Shown one piece after another: positions 31,308 to 32,000 of a stretch of 32,000 nucleotides of DNA; position 1 is the stretch's first letter; every line of letters starts with the position of its first letter. Source of the stretch: Trichodesmium erythraeum IMS101 (GTDB lineage Bacteria > Cyanobacteriota > Cyanobacteriia > Cyanobacteriales > Microcoleaceae); the NCBI RefSeq assembly GCF_000014265.1, contig NC_008312.1, positions 4,230,001-4,262,000 of the forward strand, in the 5' to 3' direction. Below the pieces are notes generated by a model. That model was not told the origin of the DNA, made no database searches, and saw nothing but the letters and a program-made list of their open reading frames with translations. The position numbers and the translations under genes were made by a program.

Positions 31308-32000
31308 ATGATGAATTTAACTAAATATAGCAAAGTTATAGTTCAGGGTGTTACAGAAAAAATATCTACCCAGATAGCTTTAACAATGAGGTCTTGTGGG
31401 ACAAATGTGGTGGCAGGTATTAGTCCAGGAGAAGGGGGAGAAGAATGGCTAGGTATTCCTGTCTTTAGTTTGGTAGAGCAGGCAGTGGCAAAGATGGGTG
31501 TAATTGATACTAGCGTAATAGTTATGCCTGCTTATCAGGTATTAGATGCTGCTTTAGAGGCGATCACTTCGGGTCTCAAACAAATTGTGATTATTACAGA
31601 AGGTGTGCCTCCCCTGGATATGGTTAAGCTATTAAGAAAAGCTGAGACTACGGAAACTTTGATTGTTGGGCCAAACTGTGCAGGTATTATTATACCAGAG
31701 AAGCTGTTACTGGGTACTCATCCAACTCAGTTTTATACTCCAGGTCCAATAGGCATCATTAGTCGTAGCAATACTCTGACTTATGAGGTTGCCTGGGAAC
31801 TAACAAGGTCAAGGTTGGGACAGTCTATTTGTGTGAGTCTTGGTTGCGATCCAATTGTAGGTTCTTCTTTCTTGCAGTGGTTGCAAATATTAGATGAGGA
31901 TGACCAGACAGAGTTAATTGTGTTAGTGGGAGAAGTTGGTGGTGTAGCTGAAGAACTAGCAGCTTCTTATATTTCAGAGACAATTGATAAACCTGTAATT
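31308..32000 (+). CDS. sucD: Succinyl-CoA synthetase alpha subunit-like protein; 3-prime end beyond the window
   Basis: Open frame from the ATG at 31308 to the window end (231 codons), absent from the track because it is truncated. The translation is MMNLTKYSKVIVQGVTEK...GTNVVAGISPGEGG...IPVF...VIITEGVPPLDM...IVGPNCAGII...GIISRSNTLTYE...GCDPI...LVGEVGG, which is collinear with SucD. Confidence 0.8.
   Translation, partial: MMNLTKYSKVIVQGVTEKISTQIALTMRSCGTNVVAGISPGEGGEEWLGIPVFSLVEQAVAKMGVIDTSVIVMPAYQVLDAALEAITSGLKQIVIITEGVPPLDMVKLLRKAETTETLIVGPNCAGIIIPEKLLLGTHPTQFYTPGPIGIISRSNTLTYEVAWELTRSRLGQSICVSLGCDPIVGSSFLQWLQILDEDDQTELIVLVGEVGGVAEELAASYISETIDKPVI

Overview
AT-rich cyanobacterial chromosome segment. 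The cyanobacterial origin is inferred from many GCGATCGC (HIP1) octamers (e.g. about 13368, 13433, 13655, 13971, 14472, 20271, 22396, 23056, 28061) and from the gene content. Most genes are housekeeping: a hybrid Cache/HAMP histidine kinase (cut by the window start), CYTH protein, gluconokinase, PfkB fructokinase, cobK, hisIE, hemL, TPR protein, yajQ, MAPEG, a DprA/SLOG-like protein, a DRTGG protein, a GT2 glycosyltransferase and sucC/sucD (sucD cut by the window end). The intact CDS intervals I list add up to only about 18.9 kb of 32 kb (about 59 percent). The remainder is long AT-rich spacer plus clear decay and mobile DNA. This includes an intact IS630-family element with TA duplication, a degraded IS5-type element that still has both inverted repeats, and a carotenoid-oxygenase pseudogene with at least 7 in-frame stops. 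It also includes a 151-bp tandem duplication that copies a gene 3-prime end. This pattern resembles eroding genomes of symbiotic heterocystous cyanobacteria, but that is an inference. The most system-like locus is a co-directional cluster at 9074-12589. It holds a small PedR-like LuxR regulator, an acidic 97-aa protein, a MotA/ExbB-type membrane protein with an approximately 300-aa helical C-terminal tail, and a MotB-type protein with a TM aspartate, a coiled coil and an OmpA-like domain. The last two resemble a ZorA/ZorB pair, and no ZorC/D/E-like effector is present in the window. I recognised no rRNA, tRNA or CRISPR array.
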